From a virus (lineage: Duplodnaviria; Caudoviricetes): DNA of 64,000 nucleotides. The stretch lies in the IMG/VR virus record IMGVR_UViG_2654588123_000001, positions 8,932-72,931 of that record. One strand, written 5' to 3'. Positions within the stretch are counted from its first letter, which is position 1; every line of letters begins with the position of its first letter. A program made the position numbers and the translations under genes. Of this stretch, positions 18,423 to 27,985 are shown piece after piece. A model generated the notes under the pieces. It was given only the letters and a program-made list of their open reading frames with translations, did not search any database and was not told the DNA's origin.

Positions 18423-19595
18423 TCAGGCCTGGACCTTCAATACCTGTACAGCTTCCGGAAGGATCAACAGGCCGTCCACACGTTCCTTCATCACATAGCC
18501 GACCATGCCGTTACCGGCGAACAGTTCCTTCAACACCTGCAGGCTGCGCTGGCCACGGTCACCGATGTTGTAGTAGCTGAAATCACCGAATGCCAGCGCC
18601 ACATTACCCGCCGCCAGCTTCGGTGCGTACTGGGAGGTACGGATGGCATACCCAAGGATACGGTCCGGCTCCCCGCCCTGAAGGGAAGGCTGCCACAGGT
18701 AGTTCCCATTCTCGTCCTTCAGCTTGCGAAGCACTGCCAGGGTGCTGTCGTTGGTGATGAAGGATGCTTTTTTGCGGTACGGGCGTTTCAGCTTGTAAAT
18801 CAGGTCGATGACATCATCGGCTTCGATTTCCACCGTGTCGATGGTCACGCCGACCTGGGCATCCGCAAAGAGACCGGTCGGTTTGCCATCGCCATCCCCG
18901 TTCAGGAAGGCATCTTCCTCCGCGTTGGCAATTGCCTTGCCAAACTGCGCGATGATATAGTCTTCCAACTGGAAAGCATTGTCCGCCAACAGTTCCTCTG
19001 TAATCTTGATGGCCACATGCAACTTGTGGGCGTCAAGCAGTTTCTGGTCGAAGGTCGCATCGCCGAAGGTCAGCGCGCCACCCTCTTCGACCCATAATGC
19101 TGCTGGCTTGGTTGCCGCGATGTTAATCTTGCGCTCCCCGCTGGTACGGATGGTTGTCGCCAGCCCGCGCAGGACATTTTCCTCATCCAGCACATCCACC
19201 AAGCGCTTGTCATATTCGTCAGGCACCAGGTAGCCGCCCGCTTCATCGATGCCCTCCTGCAGTACGTTTGATACTTCGCGGAACTTGGTACGGATTGCCG
19301 TAAACATCGCCTTGCGATATTCATCGGAAGCCGTGCCGGTCTTTGCAGGCTGTCCCGGATTTCCTACCAAGGGTTTGCCGGAAGGCATGGCCAGCTTCTT
19401 TTCCATCTCGCCCTGCTTTTCCAGACGGTCGATGGTCTTGCCCATCTCGGCGATGTCGGCCTCCATCTTTTCATAGGTCTCCGCGTCAGCGGCAGTCATT
19501 TTGCCGTCCTTATCGGTGTGGTCTTCCAAAAACTTCTTCGTAGCTTCCCACAGTTTCGCACGTTTTTCCATCAGTTCAGTAACATTCATAGCCAT
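18423..19595 (-). CDS. Major capsid protein, HK97 fold
   Basis: GGYLVP, AEEDAFLNGDG..KPTG, YLWQPSL, FGDFSYY. Confidence 0.95.
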   Translation of the reverse strand: MAMNVTELMEKRAKLWEATKKFLEDHTDKDGKMTAADAETYEKMEADIAEMGKTIDRLEKQGEMEKKLAMPSGKPLVGNPGQPAKTGTASDEYRKAMFTAIRTKFREVSNVLQEGIDEAGGYLVPDEYDKRLVDVLDEENVLRGLATTIRTSGERKINIAATKPAALWVEEGGALTFGDATFDQKLLDAHKLHVAIKITEELLADNAFQLEDYIIAQFGKAIANAEEDAFLNGDGDGKPTGLFADAQVGVTIDTVEIEADDVIDLIYKLKRPYRKKASFITNDSTLAVLRKLKDENGNYLWQPSLQGGEPDRILGYAIRTSQYAPKLAAGNVALAFGDFSYYNIGDRGQRSLQVLKELFAGNGMVGYVMKERVDGLLILPEAVQVLKVQA

Positions 19596-19608
19596 TGTTT
19601 CTTCCTCC

Positions 19609-20310
19609 TTAATGACTCAATAAAAAAAGCCGCTTCTTCAGCGGTTCCACGGAAACCCGCGTATCGGGTTCCGATTCAGGTTTGTTAAACTTGCACAGAA
19701 ATGAATTCATCACCATGATCTTGGAAAACAGCACCGCAGCCGGCGCCTCCTGTTTCCCTTCCCCGTCCGTGTACAGGATGTCGTCCGCAAATCCTAATTC
19801 CACCGCCTTTTTGGCATTGAACCAGGTTTCTGCATCCATCATGTGGGCAATCTTCGTCCGGGGCTGGCCCGTCTTCAGCTCGTAGGCATTGATGATGCTT
19901 TCCTTGATCTCATCCAGCATATCTATGGCCTGCTGCATGACCTTCTTGTCGCCCATGGCAACGGTAATGGGGTTGTGGATCATCATCATGGCCACCGGGG
20001 ACATGGAAACCTTGTTCCCTGCCATGGCGATGACCGATGCGGCAGAAGCCGCGATGCCGTCGATACGGACATCCACATTGCCGGGATACTCCATCAGCAT
20101 ATTATAAATTTGCGCTGCGGCGAACACATCCCCGCCCGGCGAATTGATCCATACCGTGATGTCCCCTTCGCAGCTTTGCAACTCCTCACGAAAAAGACCC
20201 GGTGTGACTTCATCGCCAAACCAGGTCTCATCGGAAATCTGCCCGTTCAGTACAAGGGTGCGGCTGCCGGTATCCTCGTTCCTCACCCAGTTCCAGAATT
20301 TCTTTTTCAA
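19609..20310 (-). CDS. ClpP-type prohead protease
   Basis: INSPGGDVF, DGIAASAASVIAMAG, MMIHNP, ETWF. Confidence 0.93.
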   Translation of the reverse strand: MKKKFWNWVRNEDTGSRTLVLNGQISDETWFGDEVTPGLFREELQSCEGDITVWINSPGGDVFAAAQIYNMLMEYPGNVDVRIDGIAASAASVIAMAGNKVSMSPVAMMMIHNPITVAMGDKKVMQQAIDMLDEIKESIINAYELKTGQPRTKIAHMMDAETWFNAKKAVELGFADDILYTDGEGKQEAPAAVLFSKIMVMNSFLCKFNKPESEPDTRVSVEPLKKRLFLLSH

Positions 20311-21575
20311 TCGTTGTTACCTCCGTTCTGTATCGCTTGCTGTTTATTGGCAAACAGCCCCGCGTCTTTCAGCTTGGTCATGTTGCCATTGATTAGGTAC
20401 AGGTTTCCGCCTTCCTCCTCGGATATCGGGTTCAAATTTTCCATTTCCCGGATGTCGTTGGCGGAAAGCCAGCCGTTCTGCCGGCCTATCGCATAACCGT
20501 TCATCCGGCTCTGGTAATCACCGCGCAAGAGGCCGTCCACATTAAACTTGATAAAGTAATGCTGCTTTTCACCGGGGAGCAGTAACGCTTTGTGCATCGC
20601 CTGTTCCCAGCGGATGACCCAGGGGTTCAGCGTGTACTTCACAAATTCCAGGGACTGCTGCTCGATGTTGGAGAAGCTGGATTTGTCCAAATCGCCCACC
20701 ATGTGAGGAGGCACCCGGAAGATTCGGGCAATCTCATCGATCTGGAATTTCCGTGTCTCCAGGAACTGCGCGTCGTTGGGCGGAACCGACATGGGTTTGT
20801 AGGTCATGCCCTCTTCCAGCACCGCCACGTTGTGGCTGTTCTTTCCGCTAAATTGTGCGTGCCAGCTTTGCCGTAACTTTTCCGGGTCTTTCACCACACC
20901 GGGATGTTCCAACAACCCGCTGGGCGTCGCCCCGTTGGCGAAGAACGTGGACCCGAACTCCTCCGCCGCCATGGAAACGCCGATGGCGTTCTTTGCCATA
21001 GCGATAGGGGAATAGCCTATAAGGCCGTCATATCCCAGGCCGGGAATATGCAGCACCTGGTCTGGCCGGAGCTTCACTTCCTCATACCGCTGCTTGCCAC
21101 CGAACTCGTCCAGGTAGCGGGTGTAGGTGTAGACAAGCTGTTCTCCCTCGTCCCGCTGGACGTCCATCCGGTCGGGCATCAGCGGATACAGCCATTTCAC
21201 CCTGCCATATCCGTCCCGGATGATCTGGGCATAGGCATTGCCGTATAAAAGCAAATGCCCCATGAGGGTCTCCCGGAAGATGAAGCTGGTCATCTCTGGG
21301 TTCGGCTCGTCATGGAGCAGCGGGTATAATGGATGGTCGGCGACCATCTCTTTTCCTTTGTCTTTGTAGCGGTACACATGCAGTGGCAGCCCCGCGATGG
21401 ATTCCGCCAGGATGCGGACACAGGCATACACCGCCGTGACTTGCATGGCGGTTCGCTGGTTCACCGTCTGCCCTGCCGCGCTCCGTCCAAAGTAGTACTG
21501 CAGGGTGCCGGATAATTCGTTTTTAGGTTTATCACGGGAATGGATAAACTTTTCAAAAAAGCGGAGTATTTTCAT
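20307..21575 (-). CDS. Portal protein, HK97 family
   Basis: AVYACVRILAESIA, PNPEMT, LYGNAY, QFLETRKFQIDEIARIFRVPP. Confidence 0.95.
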   Translation of the reverse strand: MKILRFFEKFIHSRDKPKNELSGTLQYYFGRSAAGQTVNQRTAMQVTAVYACVRILAESIAGLPLHVYRYKDKGKEMVADHPLYPLLHDEPNPEMTSFIFRETLMGHLLLYGNAYAQIIRDGYGRVKWLYPLMPDRMDVQRDEGEQLVYTYTRYLDEFGGKQRYEEVKLRPDQVLHIPGLGYDGLIGYSPIAMAKNAIGVSMAAEEFGSTFFANGATPSGLLEHPGVVKDPEKLRQSWHAQFSGKNSHNVAVLEEGMTYKPMSVPPNDAQFLETRKFQIDEIARIFRVPPHMVGDLDKSSFSNIEQQSLEFVKYTLNPWVIRWEQAMHKALLLPGEKQHYFIKFNVDGLLRGDYQSRMNGYAIGRQNGWLSANDIREMENLNPISEEEGGNLYLINGNMTKLKDAGLFANKQQAIQNGGNND

Positions 21576-21591
21576 GATTCCTCCTTAACCC

Positions 21592-22059
21592 TTACAAAGC
21601 AACCTTAAGATATTTACTTAAGGCGTTCAGATAAAAATCATATGCTGTCCTACTGTGAACCCCAATAGTCTGTTCAAACCATCCGCTACTTCCAAAATTA
21701 GCCGATGACAGCCAAACGGTCTGAGGTTCAATCAATACAATTTTTGCGTGTACATCCGGTTTTAAGTAAATTTTCAATGACGGATATATCGCTTTAAGTT
21801 GCATCGCTTTCTTTCTAAATTTTTCATGAGCGATAATGGTTACATTTTCGGAACGCTTGTCCAGTATCTTTTGGATATAATCAATGTCAGGCAAAGTGTA
21901 TGTGCAAATGATTACTTTGCCGGATATGTTACCAATTTGGCTGAGTCTTGTATTCCAAGTCGATGCAGATTCGGAAACATACAACTTTGCATCATTCAGC
22001 CTGACAGCTAGTCCACCGCCATCTGTTTTAAAGGGCATTTTCATCCTCCTCTTATCCAA
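21592..22059 (-). CDS. Single-domain phospholipase D-like (HKD) nuclease-type protein; AT-rich insertion
   Basis: VHAKIVLIE...LSSANFG; markedly lower GC than terL and portal. Confidence 0.7.
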   Translation of the reverse strand: MDKRRMKMPFKTDGGGLAVRLNDAKLYVSESASTWNTRLSQIGNISGKVIICTYTLPDIDYIQKILDKRSENVTIIAHEKFRKKAMQLKAIYPSLKIYLKPDVHAKIVLIEPQTVWLSSANFGSSGWFEQTIGVHSRTAYDFYLNALSKYLKVAL

Positions 22060-22072
22060 TAAACTGTATTGT

Positions 22073-23722
22073 TTACAACATCAGTATCCCCCTGCCATCA
22101 TACACACTCTCGCCGCTTTCATTTCCGCAACGGATCGCCCGGTCCAAAGCCATGACCGTGGCCACCACCCCGTCAATCTTTTCCGTAGATTTTTCCTTGT
22201 CCGGCTTGATGTTCCCGGCCGGGTCCGTCTTGATGAAGATGTTGTCCATCATCCACCGCAGAACTGGTTGCCCGCCATGGGCGATTCTCTGCTCCAGCGT
22301 CAGCTTCATCAGTTCCTTGGTCGGCGGGCTCATATCCTTAAAACCCTGCCCGAAAGGAACCACGGTGAAGCCCATTCCCTCCAGGTTCTGCACCATCTGC
22401 ACAGCGCCCCAGCGGTCAAATGCGATTTCCCGTATGTGATACCTCTCACCCAGGCTTTCTATGAATTTTTCTATATAGCCGTAATGCACCACATTACCTT
22501 CCGTGGTCTTCAGGAATCCCTGCCGTTCCCACACATCGTAGGGAACATGGTCACGGCGCACCCGAAGTTCCAGGTTCTCTTCCGGTATCCAGAAGAAGGA
22601 AAGAACCTGGAATTTGTCATCTTCGTCCAATGGCGGAAATACCAGCACGAAGGCCGTGATGTCCGTGGTACTGGACAGGTCCAAGCCGCCGTAACAGATG
22701 CGCCCCTCCAGCTCATCCGCATCCACCGGGAACGAGCAGGCATCCCACTTGTCCATAGGCATCCAGCGGATGCTCTGCTTCACCCATTGGTTCAGCCGGA
22801 GCTGGCGGAATGCGTTCTCCTCTCCGGGGTTCTGCCTTGCGGAGTTGAACGCATCCTTCACCTTGTCGATGGACACCGTGATGCCCAGAGACGGGTTCGC
22901 TTTCTTCCACACCTTCGGGTCTGACCAGTCCTCGCTTTCATCCGCACCATAGATGACAGGATAGAAGGTCTGGTCTATCTTCCGGCCTTCCAATATGTCC
23001 TTCGCTTTTTGGTGCGTCTCGTAACAGATGCTGTGTGTGTCAGTGCCGGCCGTGGTAATCAAAAAGTACAAAGGCTGCATCCGGGCATCGCCGGAGCCCT
23101 TCGTCATAACGTCAAACAGTTTCCGGTTCGGCTGGGTATGCAGCTCATCGAAGATGACCCCGCTCACGTTGAACCCATGCTTGGAATAAGCATCTGCCGA
23201 CAGGACCTGATAAAAACTGTTAGTAGGAAGATAAATCAGCCGCTTCTGCGATGCCAGTATCTTCACCCGTTTGTTCAATGACGGACACATCCGTACCATA
23301 TCGGCGGCGACCTCAAACACGATGGAGGCCTGCTGGCGGTCAGCCGCGCAGCCGTAGACCTCTGCCCGTTCTTCCCCATCACCGCAGCATAACAGCAGTG
23401 CGACCGCTGCAGCCAGTTCGCTCTTGCCCTGTTTCTTGGGTATCTCAATATAGGCAGTCGTGAACTGGCGGTAGCCGTCCTGTTTCAGAATACCAAAGAT
23501 GTCGCGGATGATGCGTTCCTGCCAGTCGATGAGTTCAAACGGCTTGCCGGCCCATGTGCCCTTGGTGTGTTTCAGGCACTGTATGAACTGCACCGCATAA
23601 TCCGCGTGGGCCTTGCTGTACTTCGACCCCTTCGCCATGAACTTTGTCGGTTTGTATCCCCTCAGCTTCCGCATCATCCCCAACTCCCAACTAAAAAAGG
23701 ACCTCCTTCCGGAAGTCCTCAT
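22073..23722 (-). CDS. Terminase large subunit
   Basis: EIPKKQGKSEL (Walker A), IFDELH, GGLDLSSTTD, KIDGVVA; exact start uncertain. Confidence 0.95.
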   Translation of the reverse strand: MRTSGRRSFFSWELGMMRKLRGYKPTKFMAKGSKYSKAHADYAVQFIQCLKHTKGTWAGKPFELIDWQERIIRDIFGILKQDGYRQFTTAYIEIPKKQGKSELAAAVALLLCCGDGEERAEVYGCAADRQQASIVFEVAADMVRMCPSLNKRVKILASQKRLIYLPTNSFYQVLSADAYSKHGFNVSGVIFDELHTQPNRKLFDVMTKGSGDARMQPLYFLITTAGTDTHSICYETHQKAKDILEGRKIDQTFYPVIYGADESEDWSDPKVWKKANPSLGITVSIDKVKDAFNSARQNPGEENAFRQLRLNQWVKQSIRWMPMDKWDACSFPVDADELEGRICYGGLDLSSTTDITAFVLVFPPLDEDDKFQVLSFFWIPEENLELRVRRDHVPYDVWERQGFLKTTEGNVVHYGYIEKFIESLGERYHIREIAFDRWGAVQMVQNLEGMGFTVVPFGQGFKDMSPPTKELMKLTLEQRIAHGGQPVLRWMMDNIFIKTDPAGNIKPDKEKSTEKIDGVVATVMALDRAIRCGNESGESVYDGRGILML

Positions 23723-23731
23723 TTTTATTTT

Positions 23732-24127
23732 TTACAGCAAATCTATCAGAATTTCCAATTCGTGTTCTAACCGTTCCAGCTCCTGTTGAATGCATTTCAT
23801 CCGGAATCCGTTCCGGCACTGACGTCCTTCCCGCTGCAGGCTGGTGATTTCCGCCTTCCGGCGGAGGATGATGCTTTCCACATCGTCCTCGCCTTCCATC
23901 ACGATGGCGTAGTCCTTTTCAAACCGGGTCTTCGCGGCTTCCCGCCTGGACTTCTCATCCCCGTGCAGGATGAAGTTCACATATTCGCCCTTGTTCTCTT
24001 CGATGAAGATCACCATCTCGTAGAATCCCATCTTCAGCCCGATGCGCTGCACCATACAGGTGTCGAACATATTTGTCTTGCCCGTATCCCGGACCTTCAG
24101 AATCTGCTCCCGTACCTTATCTGTCAT
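23732..24127 (-). CDS. DUF5049-like phage protein with C-terminal extension
   Basis: VREQILKVRDTGKTNMFD. Confidence 0.7.
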   Translation of the reverse strand: MTDKVREQILKVRDTGKTNMFDTCMVQRIGLKMGFYEMVIFIEENKGEYVNFILHGDEKSRREAAKTRFEKDYAIVMEGEDDVESIILRRKAEITSLQREGRQCRNGFRMKCIQQELERLEHELEILIDLL

Positions 24128-24506
24128 CGCTGCACACCTCCCAGCCCATCAGAAGTTTCATGTACACGTTAGTGTACCGCTGTTTCTCGCTGCCGTCGCT
24201 CCCTATCATCGCGTCGAAGAAAAAATCCATCGCGGCTTTCCGGCTGTCCCAGATCTTCTCCTCACCGTAGCAGATGGTCTTGACCGTCTTCAGCTTCTGC
24301 ACCACATCCTCACCGTACACTACGTTGAGGCCGGAACCGTTGTCCCACCGCATCAGCAGGCTGCCCGTATCGTCAACCCCGATGACCGTGCCTTTGGTGC
24401 CCGGAGGCGGGGCCTGCCGGTCATCCATGCTGACCAGCTCGACCCGCGTCCCTTTCGGAAATTCGTTTCTGATCTGCTTTACTGTCTCTCTGCTCGGGAA
24501 CATCAT
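24117..24506 (-). CDS. DUF4314-like phage protein
   Basis: PKGTRVELVSMDD..APPPGTKGTV..VDD.GS..M.WDNGSGL. Confidence 0.8.
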   Translation of the reverse strand: MMFPSRETVKQIRNEFPKGTRVELVSMDDRQAPPPGTKGTVIGVDDTGSLLMRWDNGSGLNVVYGEDVVQKLKTVKTICYGEEKIWDSRKAAMDFFFDAMIGSDGSEKQRYTNVYMKLLMGWEVCSDDR

Positions 24507-24507
24507 C

Positions 24508-25212
24508 TTAAGCCTCCTGTTCTGCCGTTTCGGCCTTTTCTTCTTCCGGCGTGCGGAATGCGGAGGAACCTTCCAGCCTCTCTAAAAGCCGTTTGCGGGT
24601 CTCCTTGTATTCCGCTCCGATGAATCCCAAACGAAGAAGGAAGCACCGGAATGCGTATTTCTCATTCGGTACTTCCTTCTCTTTTGCCGTTATCCGTTTT
24701 GCGTTTTTTGCCATCCGGCAGAGCGCCGTGATGAAGTGCATGACCGCCAAGCTCTCCCCGCTCCCAAGCATTCGCTTGAACCAGGGGAACACCACCCTGT
24801 CTTCCGTGAGAACCACGATGGGGTCTTCGCAATCCAGCGCCTTCCTGATCAGGCCTGCCTTGCTGGCGATAATCTTTTCGAGGTTGTCGACCTGCGTTTC
24901 CGTGAAGTCTTCCCTCGGCATCGTCAGCGTCCAGGAATCCGTGGTCATCTCTTCCTCTGCTTCGCTTTCTTTTTCTTCCGCCGGCTCCGGCATCTCGATT
25001 TCGAATCCCTGTTCCCAGAGGGCTGCCGCCAGGGTCTTCATCCCGGCTTCGTCTTCCGTTGTGATGCTGCCGTCGCGTTCCACCGCGTAATTCCCCACCG
25101 TGTAGGTGAAGGCCGGTGCGCCGTTGTACTTCGCAGCCTGCCCGGTAACCCCGGCGATGGCCTTTACCAAGTTCTTTCTGTCCTTGCCCTGTGCGTTTGT
25201 CTTTGCGTTCAT
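24508..25212 (-). CDS. Conserved prophage protein (often labelled 'virulence-related')
   Basis: RKNLVKAI...Y.GAPAFTY, NEKYAFRCFLLRLGFIGAEYKETRK. Confidence 0.75.
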   Translation of the reverse strand: MNAKTNAQGKDRKNLVKAIAGVTGQAAKYNGAPAFTYTVGNYAVERDGSITTEDEAGMKTLAAALWEQGFEIEMPEPAEEKESEAEEEMTTDSWTLTMPREDFTETQVDNLEKIIASKAGLIRKALDCEDPIVVLTEDRVVFPWFKRMLGSGESLAVMHFITALCRMAKNAKRITAKEKEVPNEKYAFRCFLLRLGFIGAEYKETRKRLLERLEGSSAFRTPEEEKAETAEQEA

Positions 25213-25235
25213 CTCTGTGAACCTCCTTCTTTTTA

Positions 25236-25275
25236 GGTTACTGTATATATCACTCTAAACGCACATAAAGTCAAG
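25236..25275 (-). promoter_or_regulatory. Sigma-A-like promoter, copy 1 of a 40-bp duplicated element
   Basis: Minus strand TTGACT ... GATATA/TATATA; 36 of 40 nt identical to 25831-25870. Confidence 0.65.
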
Positions 25276-25467
25276 TTATATTTTGTGATTATTAGATATA
25301 TTTTTAATGTTATTTGAGATAAATAATAGGAGTGATTTGTATCTCAGAATTTTGTAAAAGTCAACTCATTTTTTAAGGATCTACGCTGATTTTTGACGGG
25401 AATCCGTATCTCTGATTCCAGAAATAGTCAAGTTGTATTTTTAGATTTCTTAAAAAATAATTGCACT

Positions 25468-25494
25468 AAAAAAGGAGCCTTTCGGCTCCTCTGT
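25468..25494 (-). terminator. Intrinsic terminator
   Basis: GAGGAGCC GAAA GGCTCCTTTTTT. Confidence 0.8.
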
Positions 25495-25508
25495 GTTTTC
25501 TGTTCTGC

Positions 25509-25802
25509 TTATGCGTTCATCGCCCATGCAATCGCATGTCCGCCATCCTCGAAAACCTCCTGGCTCATGGCGACCAGGTTCAGACGGCATTCGATTTCGT
25601 CCAGCCCGGTCTCTTCCGGAGTATCAACGAACTCGTAAACGCCTGCGATAAATCCTTTCCATCCCCGGTCGGTGACCAAAACCCTGTCACCCATCTTCAA
25701 CACCGCACCAACCAGGGCGCTGACCTTCATGCCAAGGTCTTCCAGCGTGGTGGTTTTCGGCAGGCGGTAGTGGGCCGCCTTGTTTTCTTTGTATTCGTTC
25801 AT
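25509..25802 (-). CDS. Hypothetical phage protein
   Basis: 97-aa ORF with RBS GGGAGG, its own promoter and a terminator. Confidence 0.7.
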   Translation of the reverse strand: MNEYKENKAAHYRLPKTTTLEDLGMKVSALVGAVLKMGDRVLVTDRGWKGFIAGVYEFVDTPEETGLDEIECRLNLVAMSQEVFEDGGHAIAWAMNA

Positions 25803-25830
25803 GTTCCTTACCTCCCTGTGCGTTTTCTTT

Positions 25831-25870
25831 GGTTAGTGTATATATCACTCTGAAGGCACAGAAAGTCAAG
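25831..25870 (-). promoter_or_regulatory. Sigma-A-like promoter, copy 2 of the 40-bp duplicated element
   Basis: GGTTAGTGTATATATCACTCTGAAGGCACAGAAAGTCAAG on the plus strand. Confidence 0.65.
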
Positions 25871-26137
25871 TCATTTCTTCAAAATATTATTACTATCGTC
25901 AATCATCTTCAGTTTTTCATTCCGGCTCATAGTGTGCTTAATATGCCACTCCCGGCTCAAGGCTTCATGTTTAGTATCAAAGGCTTCCGCATAAACCAAT
26001 CGGCAGGGCCCCCGGGAACGCGTGTACTTCGCCCCCTCCCCTGCGTTATGGGACGCCAGCCGTTTTTCCAGATCATCAGTGAAACCCGTATATAAAGATT
26101 TATCCGCACACTCTAACATATATACGTAAAAAGCCAT
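25871..26137 (-). CDS. GIY-YIG nuclease family protein (UPF0213-like)
   Basis: FYVYMLEC..SLYTGFT.DL.KRL..HN.G.GAKYTR. Confidence 0.9.
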   Translation of the reverse strand: MAFYVYMLECADKSLYTGFTDDLEKRLASHNAGEGAKYTRSRGPCRLVYAEAFDTKHEALSREWHIKHTMSRNEKLKMIDDSNNILKK

Positions 26138-26193
26138 TGCACAGTTCCCCTGTTCTGTTTTGGTGATATTATACCACCCGGCTGGAATAAGTA

Positions 26194-26220
26194 AAAGGGC
26201 AGCCTGAACTGCCCTTTTAC
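26194..26220. terminator. Bidirectional-looking terminator after the C5 MTase gene
   Basis: AAAAGGGCAG CCTGAA CTGCCCTTTT. Confidence 0.7.
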
Positions 26221-26239
26221 ACAGTTTCCTTATTTCCCG

Positions 26240-27985
26240 TTAAGTCTCTCCGCAATAATACGCAATGCCCGCCAGCACGAAGAACACGCATGGCAGCGCC
26301 ACTCCGTTACCCCACATCTTGTATTCCGCCGAATCGGTATGCGGGTTCTTCAACCATTTGATGACCTGGTTCCGGGTACGTGCCTTCTTGGCAGTTCCCA
26401 TCACTCGCCTATGCGTCTCGAACACATCCATCCAGAAGCGGATTTCCTCATCGGTCGGCTCCGGTGTTTCCAAATTAGCACACCACCAGTCCGGAAATCC
26501 CTGGAGCCTGGCGCATTCCGTCGGCGTCAGTCTGCGGACTGCATACCTGAAGTTTATCAATGGGGGATCCTTGTAATCGGTAGCCACCAGCGACCCCACC
26601 TTCTCCTTTGCTGCATTTGTGAAGAACGATGCCTTCGTGGAACAGTAAGTCACCTTTTCCGAGGAGCCCTGGATAGCGACTACTGCTATACCGCCCTGGT
26701 TGCTCCCCGGCATGTTCCCGCCTCTGTCAACGGTCCGGCAGGTGTCGCTTTCATAGGCATGGTTCCGCATGTTCTGCGTCCCGTCTGATGATTGGCGCAC
26801 GTCAAAGGTCTTCACGGTCTCCACTACAGCAATTCCACCCTGGTTGCAGGTCGGATTGCCACCGTTGGCATCCAGCGTCCGGGAAGTTTCCGCGTCATAA
26901 AACCCGGATTTTGGGTTGTCCGATTTCATGGAGTTACTGTCCTTGGAACAGATACCGAAAGTGTCATGCTCCACCACAAAAGGCTGGTTGTTCCCTCCAG
27001 TTCCGTAAGTGGACAGCACGGTAGGCGCTGTTTCCACAGGTCCGGTATATCGGGTATCCTGGCTGTGGTTCTCGTACACAGCGGCAGGAACCACCCCGGC
27101 ACGGAGCGTAGGAGCCGTTTCAGCCTCATAGCCGATGTTCCCGGCTTTCGCAGAGTGTTCCGTACAGAATCCCGCCGACATCACAACCGGCGGGTGATGT
27201 GCTTCAGCGCGGAGTGTGCAGGTGACGTCCTCCGTCACGCTCATGACCACACCGCCCTGGTCGTTCAGGCAGATAGTTCCGCCTGTCTCTCCAGCGCTGC
27301 CTTCAACACGGCAGGTAGTTCTTTGCCACGCGCGGAAGCCCTCTGCAGAATACCCAGACAAGCCTTCCGACTCAAATAATATTTTTCCGGCACAGTGGCC
27401 AGTAAGATGTCCGACAAGATAGATGCGTTTTCTGCGCTGGGGCACGCCCCAAGCGTCTGCGTCGAGGACGCGCCAGGCAACGGAGAACCCATCACCCAGG
27501 ATGCACCCTGCCGGCTCCCATTTCGCAGATCCAGGTACTGAAACCGAACCGCCGCAGATGCCGCAGATTTCCTCGAGGACTTTCTGGAAGTCGTCCCCTC
27601 CGTGGCTGGAAAAGGCTCCGGGTACATTTTCCCAAACAATGAACCTTGGATATATTCCATTGGTCTTCTCCCTCATTTCCTTAATGATACGAATGGCCTG
27701 ATGGAACAGGCCGGACTGACTGCCTTCCAGTCCTGCCCGTTTTCCGGCGATAGAAAGGTCGGTGCAAGGGCTGCCGAAGGTGATGATGTCCACCGGTTCC
27801 AGTTCACCGCCATCCAATGTATTTACATCGCCATAGTGCTTGACGAACGGCAGGCGTTTGGTTGTAACCCGTATCGGGAAAGGTTCAATTTCACTTTGCC
27901 ACACGGGCTTGATTCCCGCCAGGATTCCACCCAGCGGAAAGCCTCCGCTCCCGTCAAACAGACTCCCCAGCGTCAGTGTTCCCAT
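26240..27985 (-). CDS. Phage DNA (cytosine-5)-methyltransferase
   Basis: SLFDGSGG (motif I), GSPCTD (IV), ENVPG (VI), QRRKRIYL (VIII), RLQGFP (IX), GNGV (X). Confidence 0.93.
   Translation of the reverse strand: MGTLTLGSLFDGSGGFPLGGILAGIKPVWQSEIEPFPIRVTTKRLPFVKHYGDVNTLDGGELEPVDIITFGSPCTDLSIAGKRAGLEGSQSGLFHQAIRIIKEMREKTNGIYPRFIVWENVPGAFSSHGGDDFQKVLEEICGICGGSVSVPGSAKWEPAGCILGDGFSVAWRVLDADAWGVPQRRKRIYLVGHLTGHCAGKILFESEGLSGYSAEGFRAWQRTTCRVEGSAGETGGTICLNDQGGVVMSVTEDVTCTLRAEAHHPPVVMSAGFCTEHSAKAGNIGYEAETAPTLRAGVVPAAVYENHSQDTRYTGPVETAPTVLSTYGTGGNNQPFVVEHDTFGICSKDSNSMKSDNPKSGFYDAETSRTLDANGGNPTCNQGGIAVVETVKTFDVRQSSDGTQNMRNHAYESDTCRTVDRGGNMPGSNQGGIAVVAIQGSSEKVTYCSTKASFFTNAAKEKVGSLVATDYKDPPLINFRYAVRRLTPTECARLQGFPDWWCANLETPEPTDEEIRFWMDVFETHRRVMGTAKKARTRNQVIKWLKNPHTDSAEYKMWGNGVALPCVFFVLAGIAYYCGET
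27265..27660 (-). CDS. Nested out-of-frame ORF; C5-MTase beta-like polypeptide
   Basis: LSDILLATVPEKYYLSRKACLGILQRA...GKELP; own RBS (GAGGGAG) 8-9 nt before the ATG. Confidence 0.7.
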   Translation of the reverse strand: MEYIQGSLFGKMYPEPFPATEGTTSRKSSRKSAASAAVRFQYLDLRNGSRQGASWVMGSPLPGASSTQTLGACPSAENASILSDILLATVPEKYYLSRKACLGILQRASARGKELPAVLKAALERQAELSA

